From positions 1,323 to 65,322 of the forward strand of contig WVZK01000094.1 of the NCBI GenBank assembly GCA_011772475.1: DNA of 64,000 nt, read 5' to 3'. The DNA is from Candidatus Aminicenantes bacterium. Its GTDB lineage: Bacteria; Acidobacteriota; Aminicenantia; Aminicenantales; Aminicenantaceae. How positions within the stretch are numbered: the first letter of the stretch is position 1; each line of letters begins with the position of its first letter. The notes beneath the pieces were generated by a model that did not search any database, had not been told where the DNA came from, and saw nothing but the letters and a program-made list of their open reading frames with translations. Below, one piece after another: positions 16,303 through 25,617 of this stretch. Both the position numbers and the translations under genes were made by a program.

Positions 16303-19300
16303 GGTTTTTTTGCTTTAGCCTTGTCTAGAGCTGGAGTCATTTTGAAGCTCTTCAGGAAACTCAAGAGGCGGCTTTGCGACTCTTGGGTAACCTCAGTCTC
16401 CCTGACCACCATGCTGTAGACCAAGGGGATAAAGATCAGTGTTAGAAAAGTGCCGAAGATTAAACCTCCGATCAAGGTTAAGGCCAGGGGGATGCGGATC
16501 TCGAATCCCTCGTTAAAATCCAGGGCCATGGGCACAAGTGCCAGCACTGTCGTAATCGAGGTCATGATGATCGGCCTCCACCTTACCTGAGCAGCGGTTT
16601 TTATGGCTTCCATCTTAGACATTCCTTGTTTCTCGAGCTTCCCGATGTAATCAACAAGCACGATGGCGTTGTTGACGATGATACCGGAGAGAATGATTAA
16701 GCCGATGAGCACGATTACGTTAATCGACATGCTGAATATGAGACCGACGATAACGACTCCGATAATACCCAAGGGGATGGTGAACATGATGATAAACGGT
16801 TTTTTAAAGGATTCGAACTGGGAAGCCATGACGAGATAGACCAGGAAAACGGCAAGAAAAATAGCGAAAATCATCGAGGAGAAGGCCACATCCTGCTCCA
16901 TGCTCTGTCCAGCCAGATAGATCGAGCATTCTGGACCACAGTCTATTGATTCGGCCGCTGCCATTACTTTTTCCTTGGCGGTATCCATGGCGGTTCCGGA
17001 GATGTTCCCGGTGATGACTGCAGATTTTTGCTGGAGGATACGGCGTATTTCTGCCGGACCCTCTTTGATCCGGATCTCTGCCAGCGCTTTTAACGGCACC
17101 ATCATGCCTAAGCCGTTGCGGATATTGATCCGGCTGATCTTATCCACGCGGTCTCGGAAATCCTCCGAGAGGCGAACCCGGATGTCTACCTCACGGTCGC
17201 TTTCGATAAAGCGCGTTGCCACATCCCCCTCAATTTTATTCCTGATCTGGGATCCTACCGAGTTTATGGTCATGTTTTGAGAAGCAAGCAGGGCCCTGTT
17301 GAAGATGATCTGGATTTCTGGATAGCCTTCTTCCATGCTGGATTTCAGGTCGATGATTCCGTCCACGCTCCGGATTTTCTCCAGGAGCTCGTCAGAGACC
17401 TCTTTGATCATCTCGAGGTCGTTCCCTGAGACTACTACTTCCAGTGGAGCTTTGAAAGAGAACAAGCGGGGTTTGTAAACTTTGACCTTGGTAGTTGGAA
17501 ACTTTTCCAGGTCGGCCCTGACCAGGTCCATAACCCGATCTTCCTTTTTTCCCAGGATTCCCGGTTTCAGGCGGAGGGTGAACTCGGAGAGGTTTTCGCG
17601 TTCTTCTTGAAAGGAGATGCCGCCCCTGGACCCCCTTCCAATGAGCTCATAGATGCTGTCTATTTCTTCGTGTTTTTTCAACACCTCAGAAATATCGGTA
17701 ATTATGGCGGTGTTTTCTTTGAGGGACGTTCCAGGCTGAAACTCGACGTTGATTAAGAACTCTCCCTGGGAGATAACAGGGATCAGTTCCTGTCCCATGA
17801 AGCGGGTCATGAAGATGGCTGTGAAAAAGAGAACTATCACAGTAATGAAAATGATTTTTCTACGCCCAAAGGAGACAACTTGGGTTTTTTTATACGAGAG
17901 GTAAAATTGGCTGTAGACTTTATCCAGTGGTTTAAACAGGAACTTAAGCCATCCGGTCAACCTTTGCTTAGAATTCTCACGGCGCAGGGCTGCGCTGAGC
18001 ATAGGCACAAGAGTCAAAGACACAACTAAAGAGGCCAACAGAGAATAAGTCACGGTCAGGGCCATATCCTTGAATAGCTGGCCCGCAATTCCTTCCACGA
18101 ACACAATCGGAAAAAATACCGCTACTGTTGTGAAAGTGGAAGCAGTTACGGCTCCAGCCACTTCGGATGTGCCCTGCAAGGCGGCCTTGTACGAGTCCTC
18201 TCCCTTTTCTCTATAACGCTGGACAGACTCCAAGACAACGATGGAATTATCAACCAGCATCCCGATTCCGAGCGCCAATCCGCCGAGTGAGATTATGTTT
18301 AAGGAAATATTGGATGAATACATAAGAAAGAATGTTATGACTACTGAGATGGGTATGGCAGCTCCAATGATCAAGGTGCTGCGGAAGTTTTTCAAAAAGT
18401 AAAGAAGGACAAGAATTGCCAGTAATCCTCCGATAAGGGCGGTTTTTTTGACCTCCTGGATGGTGTTTTTGATGAATTTGGACTGGTTAGTGATAACCAG
18501 ATAATCCATGTTTCTGGGCTTCAGGATATTTGCCTGAACCATATTCAGCTTGTCGGCGACAGCATTGGCCACGGAAACCGTGTTGGCATCTGCGGCCCTG
18601 TAGATGGCAGCTTCGATACATTCTCGGCCATTTATGCGCGAGATGACTTTCCGTTCTTTATGGCCACGGAACACATCCGCAATACTTCCCAGCTTTAGCT
18701 GGACGTCGCCCCGTTTTTCGATGATGATATCTTTTATTTCCTCCACTGTCGTGAATTGATTGACGGTTCTTACCAGAAACTGGCTGTCTTTTTGTTTCAG
18801 GATCCCGGCTGAGAGATTCACGTTTTCTTGTGCCAGACGGTTGGCCACAGTTGTGATCGGGATGTTGAGAAGGCTAAGCTTCTGCTCATCGATGTCGATG
18901 TGGATCTCATCTTCGAGACCGCCTGATATGGAGCAAGCAGCAACCCCCTCGATACTCTCCAAGGCTTGTTTGACTTCTCTCTCTGCTATAAAGCGGATGC
19001 GGGCCAGATCAGCATCTCCAGTCAAACCCAATCTCATGATGGGTTCCTGGTTGGGATCGTATCTGAGGATAACAGGCTTGGTTGCGTCCCTGGGAAGGCG
19101 AAGTAGATCCAGTTTTTCCCTGAGTTTAAGGGTAGCGAAATCCATGTTAGTGTGCCAGGCAAACTCAACCGTAACCTCGGAGAGCTCGGCGCGGGAGACC
19201 GAAGAGATACGCACAACATTATCAACAACACCGCAGGTCTCCTCGATGGGTTTGGAGATGATGTTCTCTATTTCCGAAGGAGCTGTGCCCGGGTATTCAG

Positions 19301-19445
19301 TCTGGATAGTAAGCGTGGGATAGGAAATCTTTGGCAACAAATTCAGGTTCAGTTTGGAATAGGCGATAAAGCCAAAAATTATTGCGGCAACGGTGAACAT
19401 AAAGATGGATACTGGGCGATTGATGGAGAACTTAACGATTTTCAT
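16299..19445 (-). CDS. RND efflux permease (AcrB/HAE family), first of two
   Basis: 1048 aa. N-terminus MKIVKFSINRPVSIFMF, overall RND topology. It overlaps both neighbours by 4 nt. Confidence 0.9.
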   Translation of the reverse strand: MKIVKFSINRPVSIFMFTVAAIIFGFIAYSKLNLNLLPKISYPTLTIQTEYPGTAPSEIENIISKPIEETCGVVDNVVRISSVSRAELSEVTVEFAWHTNMDFATLKLREKLDLLRLPRDATKPVILRYDPNQEPIMRLGLTGDADLARIRFIAEREVKQALESIEGVAACSISGGLEDEIHIDIDEQKLSLLNIPITTVANRLAQENVNLSAGILKQKDSQFLVRTVNQFTTVEEIKDIIIEKRGDVQLKLGSIADVFRGHKERKVISRINGRECIEAAIYRAADANTVSVANAVADKLNMVQANILKPRNMDYLVITNQSKFIKNTIQEVKKTALIGGLLAILVLLYFLKNFRSTLIIGAAIPISVVITFFLMYSSNISLNIISLGGLALGIGMLVDNSIVVLESVQRYREKGEDSYKAALQGTSEVAGAVTASTFTTVAVFFPIVFVEGIAGQLFKDMALTVTYSLLASLVVSLTLVPMLSAALRRENSKQRLTGWLKFLFKPLDKVYSQFYLSYKKTQVVSFGRRKIIFITVIVLFFTAIFMTRFMGQELIPVISQGEFLINVEFQPGTSLKENTAIITDISEVLKKHEEIDSIYELIGRGSRGGISFQEERENLSEFTLRLKPGILGKKEDRVMDLVRADLEKFPTTKVKVYKPRLFSFKAPLEVVVSGNDLEMIKEVSDELLEKIRSVDGIIDLKSSMEEGYPEIQIIFNRALLASQNMTINSVGSQIRNKIEGDVATRFIESDREVDIRVRLSEDFRDRVDKISRINIRNGLGMMVPLKALAEIRIKEGPAEIRRILQQKSAVITGNISGTAMDTAKEKVMAAAESIDCGPECSIYLAGQSMEQDVAFSSMIFAIFLAVFLVYLVMASQFESFKKPFIIMFTIPLGIIGVVIVGLIFSMSINVIVLIGLIILSGIIVNNAIVLVDYIGKLEKQGMSKMEAIKTAAQVRWRPIIMTSITTVLALVPMALDFNEGFEIRIPLALTLIGGLIFGTFLTLIFIPLVYSMVVRETEVTQESQSRLLSFLKSFKMTPALDKAKAKKP

Positions 19446-20737
19446 TGAATCACGTCAACTCTTTGGCCGTCCTTGAGCCCTTCGACTCCAACGATTACGA
19501 TGACTTCGCCTTCATTCAGACCTTCTGTGACTTCAACGTGGTCTTCCTCGAGGAGGCCAAGGAGTACTTCGCGCTGGGACACTTGGCGCCGATTGAGGAC
19601 AAAGACATAACTCTTGTTCTGCTTGTAGAGAATGGCTTTGCGAGGGATAACAAGGACGTTCTCTTTCATCCCGATTGCGATTCGAACTTCCACGAACATC
19701 CCTGGTTGCAGACGGAGAGACTTGTCGACGACCTCCACTGTGACCTTGACTGTTCCTGTTTCGACATCGATCCGGGGATTGATCAGCTTGACATCTCCAT
19801 CGAACACCAATCCTTTCAGAACTTCGGTGGTCACCTCCGCGGACATGCCGAGAGCGAGCTTAATAGCATCGGAGGTGGGAACAAACACGCGGACCAGCAA
19901 AGGATTGAAATCTTCTATCGTATACACCTGAGTGTTGGCGTTGACACGATCTCCGGCTTCGATGAGGCGCTCGGTGATGTAACCTTCGGAAAGTGCTCGA
20001 ATTTTAGTCCGATCCAGCTGAAGCTGGAGATTGTTGAAATTCTCCAGACGGTTCTTGTAGTCAAGCTGCCTTTGTTTGTACTGTGCTTCCGTCGCCTGAA
20101 ACTCCTGCTCTGAAACAAGCGAGCGCTTGACAAGCTCTTGACTACGAATGTAATTATTCTCTGCTTCTTCCAGGTTTAGTTTGGCCTGGTCCAGTTGGAT
20201 CTTTGCCTGATTGTAGCTGATCATGATTTCCTTGTCATCGAGTTCAGCCAAGACATCGTTTTCTTTAACATAATCTCCCTCTTCCTTAACGATCCTCTTG
20301 ACATAGGCTGGGAGATGAGAGTAAATCTCGACCTTCCGTTCGGGCTCTATGATACCGTTGAGGACGAGGTAAGAGTTTAGGTTTTGACGCTGGACTGGCG
20401 TCACACTCACCGGAACCGCTGGACCTCCGCCGCGCTGAAATCGAGCGAGGACCTGCGGAATCTGGTCCTTTGGGATACGCCCTGATTTTATGGCTTCTTT
20501 CACACGGTCAGGGATATCAAGCTTATCGACATCGATATCTTTGCCTTCTTGAGATTCAGCTCTGGGCTTTTGGCCAGGCCTGCCCGGAGTGTCACCCTTA
20601 TCTGGGGCTTTTTCAGCTTCTTGGTTTTCATTTGGCTTTGTTCCCATGTTCGTGCCGCTGTCTGCGGATTTTTTGCAGTTAATAGCCATAGCCAGGAACA
20701 TGATCAATATGATGACGGATAATTTTCGCATAATCAC
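19442..20737 (-). CDS. RND efflux periplasmic adaptor (membrane-fusion protein), lipoprotein
   Basis: 431 aa. Signal plus lipobox (LAMAINC), coiled-coil hairpin region and C-terminal beta-barrel typical of the HlyD/MFP family. Confidence 0.85.
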   Translation of the reverse strand: MIMRKLSVIILIMFLAMAINCKKSADSGTNMGTKPNENQEAEKAPDKGDTPGRPGQKPRAESQEGKDIDVDKLDIPDRVKEAIKSGRIPKDQIPQVLARFQRGGGPAVPVSVTPVQRQNLNSYLVLNGIIEPERKVEIYSHLPAYVKRIVKEEGDYVKENDVLAELDDKEIMISYNQAKIQLDQAKLNLEEAENNYIRSQELVKRSLVSEQEFQATEAQYKQRQLDYKNRLENFNNLQLQLDRTKIRALSEGYITERLIEAGDRVNANTQVYTIEDFNPLLVRVFVPTSDAIKLALGMSAEVTTEVLKGLVFDGDVKLINPRIDVETGTVKVTVEVVDKSLRLQPGMFVEVRIAIGMKENVLVIPRKAILYKQNKSYVFVLNRRQVSQREVLLGLLEEDHVEVTEGLNEGEVIVIVGVEGLKDGQRVDVIQ

Positions 20738-20918
20738 TCACCTAACGATATTTGATAGATTATTTTTCGCAATACGTTTTCTCTCTCGAGCTCGATTACT
20801 GAGGTCGCTATCTGACCAACCTCATTTTTCATCCCATCCTATTAAATGGGTAGAGTTGTTCTTTATGCAGCTTATAATTTTAGACGAAAATGTCTGCTAT
20901 TTCTTCCATAATTTTATC

Positions 20919-20942
20919 TATAATTTATATATAATTTATATT
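20919..20942. repeat. tandem direct repeat TATAATTTATA(T) x2 in the RND upstream region
   Basis: tataatttatat (20919-20930) is followed by tataatttatatt (20930-20942, sharing base 20930), about 185-205 nt upstream of the adaptor start in a very AT-rich spacer. Confidence 0.4.
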
Positions 20943-21202
20943 ATAAAATTCTGCCTTCTTATACAAATCTCCTTTCAACAATCAAAAAGATGTGTTTTTT
21001 CTGCGCGATTTGAAATCCCTTCACCTCATGATTTACTATCCAGTATGATTTGCCGAGGTAAAATCGGAGCATGAATGTTCATTCAGCCATCACAGCCGAA
21101 AAGGAATTTCTTACCGGTCGGCTGAAAAAGACGGGAATTCAGAAGAGTTAGTAATAATCATCGAAATATAGACGCGGTGATTTTCTGCCGTTTATAGCTT
21201 GA

Positions 21203-22549
21203 TTATAGGCCGGCAACGGTCAGCTCTTTTACTTTTATTGTTGGGCCGGCAACGGGGCTGCGGAAGTCAAGGTCATTCCCAATCATTTCTATATTATTCA
21301 AGATTTCTCCGAGATTCCCGGAGATGGTAATTTCTGAAACGGGATAGACTATTTCTCCTTTTTCAATCCATAAGCCGAATGCCCCTCTGGAGATATCACC
21401 GGTCACAGGATTGAGTCCGTGGCCTATGGTTCTGACGAGGATTAAGCCCTTTTCCGTGGAAGAGATGATTTTTTCTGGAGTGGTATTTCCGGCTCGTAGA
21501 TAAAAATTGCTGGGACTGACACTCGTTCCACTCGAGCTTCCTGTAGATTTGAGCTTCAGTTTCCTCGCAGCGTAAGTGTTGCATAGGTAATTTTTAAGTA
21601 TTCCTTTATCCACAACTAGAGTTTTTTGGCTGGGAACTCCTTCGGCGTCAAATGGCCTTGTGCCCAGCCTCCCGGGCATGAGTCCGTCGTCAGAGACTGT
21701 CACTCTTTCATTCCCGATTCTTTCTCCTAGCTTATCAACTAAAAAAGAAGTTTTCTGGTAGATGGATACTCCGGAGACACAGGCAAAAAGAAAGCCAAGT
21801 AGCCAAGAAGTCATAGTGGGTTCAAAAATAATAGGTACTTTTTGTGTCTTTATTTTTCTGGGTTTAATCTGCCTCACAGTTCTCTCAACTGCTTTCTTGG
21901 CAACCTCTTCTGGTGAATCTAATTCTTTGAAATGGAGCTTTGAAGATGACCAATAGTCTTCAACTTGATTGTCCGTTTCTCCTGCCAGCAGACCAAGGCT
22001 CAGTCCACAGAATGTCTGCTCGTACTCCTCGAGGAAGCCGTTCGAGTTTGCAAAGATTATCCTGATTTCTCTGGTTTCAAAGCTTGCCCCATGTGAGTTT
22101 GTGATCCTCTTATCTTCTAGGGCGATTTTTTCTGTCTCTGTGGCCAGGGCAATTTTCTTTTTAGAATCAAGGTTTGAGATTTCTGGATCAAAAAGTTTTA
22201 GGGAAGGGATGTCAATCTTTTTCTTGGGGATAGCGGGAAGTCCTGAGAATTCATCAGGGCTGGCAAGGTTTGCCCTCTTTACGGCATTTTTCACAAGATG
22301 CTCGAGTGTTTCTTTGGATAAATCTGAAGAAGAGGCAAAGGCAGTTTTTTTATCCTTGATGACTCTCAAGCCCAAGGACCTGGATCCTGCTTCAACGAGG
22401 TTTTCAATTTTTCCCAATCTTACGTCGACGCTGAATTCATAGCCGTCCAGGATGGATATTTCCACTTCGTCCGCTCCGTTGTTTTTTCCGAAATTCACCA
22501 GGCTTTCTGCCTGTTCTTTGAGCTTCGCGGGCTTTTTTCCCTTTTCCAC
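21203..22549 (-). CDS. pmbA: PmbA/TldE metalloprotease partner subunit
   Basis: 448 aa in the TldD/PmbA family, without the HExxxH motif. The GTG start overlaps the tldD stop (TAGTG). Confidence 0.85.
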   Translation of the reverse strand: MEKGKKPAKLKEQAESLVNFGKNNGADEVEISILDGYEFSVDVRLGKIENLVEAGSRSLGLRVIKDKKTAFASSSDLSKETLEHLVKNAVKRANLASPDEFSGLPAIPKKKIDIPSLKLFDPEISNLDSKKKIALATETEKIALEDKRITNSHGASFETREIRIIFANSNGFLEEYEQTFCGLSLGLLAGETDNQVEDYWSSSKLHFKELDSPEEVAKKAVERTVRQIKPRKIKTQKVPIIFEPTMTSWLLGFLFACVSGVSIYQKTSFLVDKLGERIGNERVTVSDDGLMPGRLGTRPFDAEGVPSQKTLVVDKGILKNYLCNTYAARKLKLKSTGSSSGTSVSPSNFYLRAGNTTPEKIISSTEKGLILVRTIGHGLNPVTGDISRGAFGLWIEKGEIVYPVSEITISGNLGEILNNIEMIGNDLDFRSPVAGPTIKVKELTVAGL

Positions 22550-23976
22550 TATTGTCCTCCAACTGTCATCCTGGTAATTTTTATCGTGGGGCAGCCGTCG
22601 ACAACCGGAGCAGCCTGGCCTTCTTTTCCGCAGGTTCCTGTTTGTAGGCCAAATTTAAGGTCAGAGCCCATCATTTCAATATTTTTTAAAATATCAATAT
22701 TGGTTCCGATAAGAGTTGCTTGCTTGACAGGTGCTGTTAGTTTTCCGTTTTCTATAAGATAGCCTGAGCTGACTGAAAAAGTGAACTTTCCCGAATCTTC
22801 CACCTGGCCTCCCAGGAATTTATTTGCATAAAATCCCTTTTCTACAGATTTAATGATTTCATCCGGAGAGTGCTCTCCTCTGTCGATGTACGTATTGCTC
22901 ATCCTTGGAATGGGAATGCTTGCATAGTCCTGTCTTCGGCCGTGACCTGTGAGAGGTCTTCTCATCAGTTTGGCTGAAAGCCTGTCTTGAAGAAGGCCTG
23001 CCATCTTTCCCTTCTTGATGAGAAGAGTTTTTTTGGGGACTGTCCCTTCATCATCAATATTGTAAGAGCCTCGAAAATTGGGAATAGTGGGATCGTCGTA
23101 GATCGTAACCTGGCCGCTGCCTACTTTTTTTCCCATCTTATTCCAAAAAATTGAGGTTTTTTTGCGATTAAAATCTGCTTCGAGCAGATGTCCGACTGCT
23201 TCGTGAACCAAAACGCCGCTATGACCTGGAGCGAGCACAACTGGCATCTCTCCGGCCGGTGGCAAGGCCGCTTCCAGAAGCTCCATGGCTTCCTTTGCTG
23301 CGTCTTGACCTATTTCCTTGGGAGTGAGGTCATGGGTGAAATATTCCATGCCCACTCTTCCTCCTCCACCTGAGAAGCCTGCTTCTCTTTTGGCCTCATG
23401 CTCAGCAATAGCCAGACAGGCAAGCTTCATGAGAGGGCGAACATCAGAGACCTTTAATCCTTCTGAATTGAGAATGGTCACGAACTGAGTATGATCCAGG
23501 AGGGAAACCTTGACTTTCTTTATTTTTCGGTCGAAATTCTGGGCAGAATGATAGGTTTCTTTGACGAGGGATATTTTTCTCTCCAGAGATTCCTTATGAG
23601 GGGACTCTAGGACTGGGTAAAAATTATGACGATACTGGACTGGGCTTAGGGGAGAAGTTTCCTTCAGGGCGCGGCTCGAGGCGATAGAGGCTGCTGTAAG
23701 GGCAGCTTTTTTGATTTTTTCAAACGAGAGATCATTTGTGTAGCCGTATCCTGTTTGTTCGCCGGATAAAACTCTTATTCCCAATCCAAGACTTATGCTC
23801 TCTGCAGTCTCTTTAATGATATCTTCTTCCATGTTGATGAAATTGTAGATTTTATACTCCAGGTATATTTCTGAAAAATCGCCTCCGCGGGAAAGAGCGA
23901 TACTCAAGATTTCTTGGAGGTCGCCGAGAGAAATGTTGAAGTGATCTTCAAATGCGAGAGAGGGAGGATTTTTCAT
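22549..23976 (-). CDS. tldD: TldD metalloprotease subunit
   Basis: 475 aa. HEAVGH zinc motif (VLVHEAVGHLLEADF), GSYNIDDEG, and the C-terminal glycine-rich beta region of the family. Confidence 0.9.
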   Translation of the reverse strand: MKNPPSLAFEDHFNISLGDLQEILSIALSRGGDFSEIYLEYKIYNFINMEEDIIKETAESISLGLGIRVLSGEQTGYGYTNDLSFEKIKKAALTAASIASSRALKETSPLSPVQYRHNFYPVLESPHKESLERKISLVKETYHSAQNFDRKIKKVKVSLLDHTQFVTILNSEGLKVSDVRPLMKLACLAIAEHEAKREAGFSGGGGRVGMEYFTHDLTPKEIGQDAAKEAMELLEAALPPAGEMPVVLAPGHSGVLVHEAVGHLLEADFNRKKTSIFWNKMGKKVGSGQVTIYDDPTIPNFRGSYNIDDEGTVPKKTLLIKKGKMAGLLQDRLSAKLMRRPLTGHGRRQDYASIPIPRMSNTYIDRGEHSPDEIIKSVEKGFYANKFLGGQVEDSGKFTFSVSSGYLIENGKLTAPVKQATLIGTNIDILKNIEMMGSDLKFGLQTGTCGKEGQAAPVVDGCPTIKITRMTVGGQ

Positions 23977-25616
23977 TAAAGTAGAGAGATTCTTTCCTTT
24001 TCACTCAAAAGATTTCCTGATTGAGGATCGACCGCATAACAGGCCCCACCCCTGAATAGAGTGACGACCTTTCCTGAAGCGTATGGATTGCCTGCAAGAT
24101 GAGGGGCGTCAAGAAGGCCCTTGTGAATGGCTTCTGCGAGCGTTTTAGGATCACTCCAAGGGTCCATGACGTTATCAGCAGCGAAGTTCTTAAGTGCCTG
24201 CAATAGATATTTTGCTTCCTCGACAAGCTCTTCCTTTCTCTCTTTTATCCTCGGGTCATCAAGAATTTGAGGAGCACCCAAAGAGAAATTCTTTATAATT
24301 CCATGCGTGATTTTAGCACTTTCGATTATATCTTGAGGAGTTGCTGCGTGGTCTGCTTCACAAAATCCAACAACATGGACTATTTTTGGCTCCAGGCTCA
24401 TCTGGAACATACAAGAAGAGGAGAGCTGTCCTTTAGCAACATCAGGATCTGGAGAAAGGCAGGCCAAACCTGTCCTCGTCTGGCGAATACTCGTAAAGCT
24501 TTTATCATGAAGAGATTCGATAAGCTCTATTTTGGCCAGCATCTTCGCTAAGTCCATCACAGGAGATGTTTGAGCTGGGCTGTTGAACATATACTGAGCT
24601 ACATAATGAGTTATCCCCATTTTCTTTGCGTTATATGCTGCTAGAAATGCCGCTACTACTGCCACCGTGTCATGAGCATCCCTCAAGCTCCAGTGGTGAG
24701 ATTCATTAACTTCAAGAGGGATTCTATGCTCGGCGTACCATTTCATTGCCTGCTGATTTTCTGCGATGGAATCCTCTGGAGTTCGGTCAGAACGGCCATC
24801 AAGCTGGTTGTACCAACAGAGTGGAACTGCCCCCCAGGCAATATTTATGGTTTTAAGCGACATCTCCGCCCATTTAATAAGGTCTCTTGTGCCTGAATAA
24901 CAACGGAGCAAGGGATAGTTGCCGCAACGCGTGGCTTTATAGATGGCTTCGAGCTCCTCTGGTTTTCTCAGCGCAACTCCTCCTGCCCCATCTTGCTCTT
25001 TTCTCATTTCGTCTGGACGGAAAAAACTTTCCTGGGCGTTCTGATCAGGTCCGATGGAGATGACATCCAATGTCTTAGATAGCGCAATTTCTTTAGCTCC
25101 CTTAACCGTAGCTTCTACCGTGGGCAGCCCAAAATGGTGACGGAGAAGAGGATAAGAACCGTTGGAAGCTATTCGGTCGATGAGATTCTGGGGAGGAATC
25201 TCATCCTTTTTTACTTCTTTAGCTTTCCCTTTGAGAAAGGAGATTATGTTTTCTTGAGGCTCAAGGCCGCCGAAGGTAGCTTCAAACAATCCGCTCTGAC
25301 GGGCGACTCTGGCAGTGGGCGGCGTTCCGCCAAAGATGAAAGTCTTATCCTGCCACTTGTTTTTTTCGACCTCTTTTTTTAAAGCAGCCAATAATTTTTT
25401 TAGCACTTCAGGAGTTAAGCGATAGCTGATAGCTATAAGGTCTGGATTGTGTTTCTCTATAGCTTCTGATATTTTTTCTACGGAAACAGCGGGACCAAGG
25501 AAAAGTGTTTCATAGCCGTGGCGTTCGGCTAATTTTAGAAAATTCAGGATGCCCGCGACATGGACGCAGTTCCCTACCGAGGCTCCAAGAATTTTTTTTT
25601 TATTAGATAATCCCAC
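23976..25616 (-). CDS. B12-binding-domain protein fused to a ~400-aa (possibly mutase-type TIM-barrel) domain; function unknown
   Basis: 546 aa. The N-terminal flavodoxin-like domain carries GNCVHVAG (CxHxxG instead of DxHxxG), SYRL and FGGTPP spaced as in cobalamin-binding domains. There is no CxxxCxxC radical-SAM motif. I compared the C-terminal part to the glutamate mutase E subunit only from memory. Confidence 0.55.
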   Translation of the reverse strand: MGLSNKKKILGASVGNCVHVAGILNFLKLAERHGYETLFLGPAVSVEKISEAIEKHNPDLIAISYRLTPEVLKKLLAALKKEVEKNKWQDKTFIFGGTPPTARVARQSGLFEATFGGLEPQENIISFLKGKAKEVKKDEIPPQNLIDRIASNGSYPLLRHHFGLPTVEATVKGAKEIALSKTLDVISIGPDQNAQESFFRPDEMRKEQDGAGGVALRKPEELEAIYKATRCGNYPLLRCYSGTRDLIKWAEMSLKTINIAWGAVPLCWYNQLDGRSDRTPEDSIAENQQAMKWYAEHRIPLEVNESHHWSLRDAHDTVAVVAAFLAAYNAKKMGITHYVAQYMFNSPAQTSPVMDLAKMLAKIELIESLHDKSFTSIRQTRTGLACLSPDPDVAKGQLSSSCMFQMSLEPKIVHVVGFCEADHAATPQDIIESAKITHGIIKNFSLGAPQILDDPRIKERKEELVEEAKYLLQALKNFAADNVMDPWSDPKTLAEAIHKGLLDAPHLAGNPYASGKVVTLFRGGACYAVDPQSGNLLSEKERISLL

Positions 25617-25617
25617 C

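Noticed and set aside
19445-20113. Long antisense ORFs (222 aa here, 251 aa at 49639-50394, 215 aa at 53732-54379, 187-197 aa at 18760-19323 and 2384-2977).
   Set aside because: Each lies fully inside a confidently identified gene on the other strand and has no family resemblance. These are typical shadow ORFs.
20589-21074. 161-aa plus-strand ORF spanning the RND upstream spacer.
   Set aside because: It begins antisense to the adaptor gene, is low-complexity (Phe/Ile/Leu-rich from AT-rich DNA), and has no RBS or recognisable domain.
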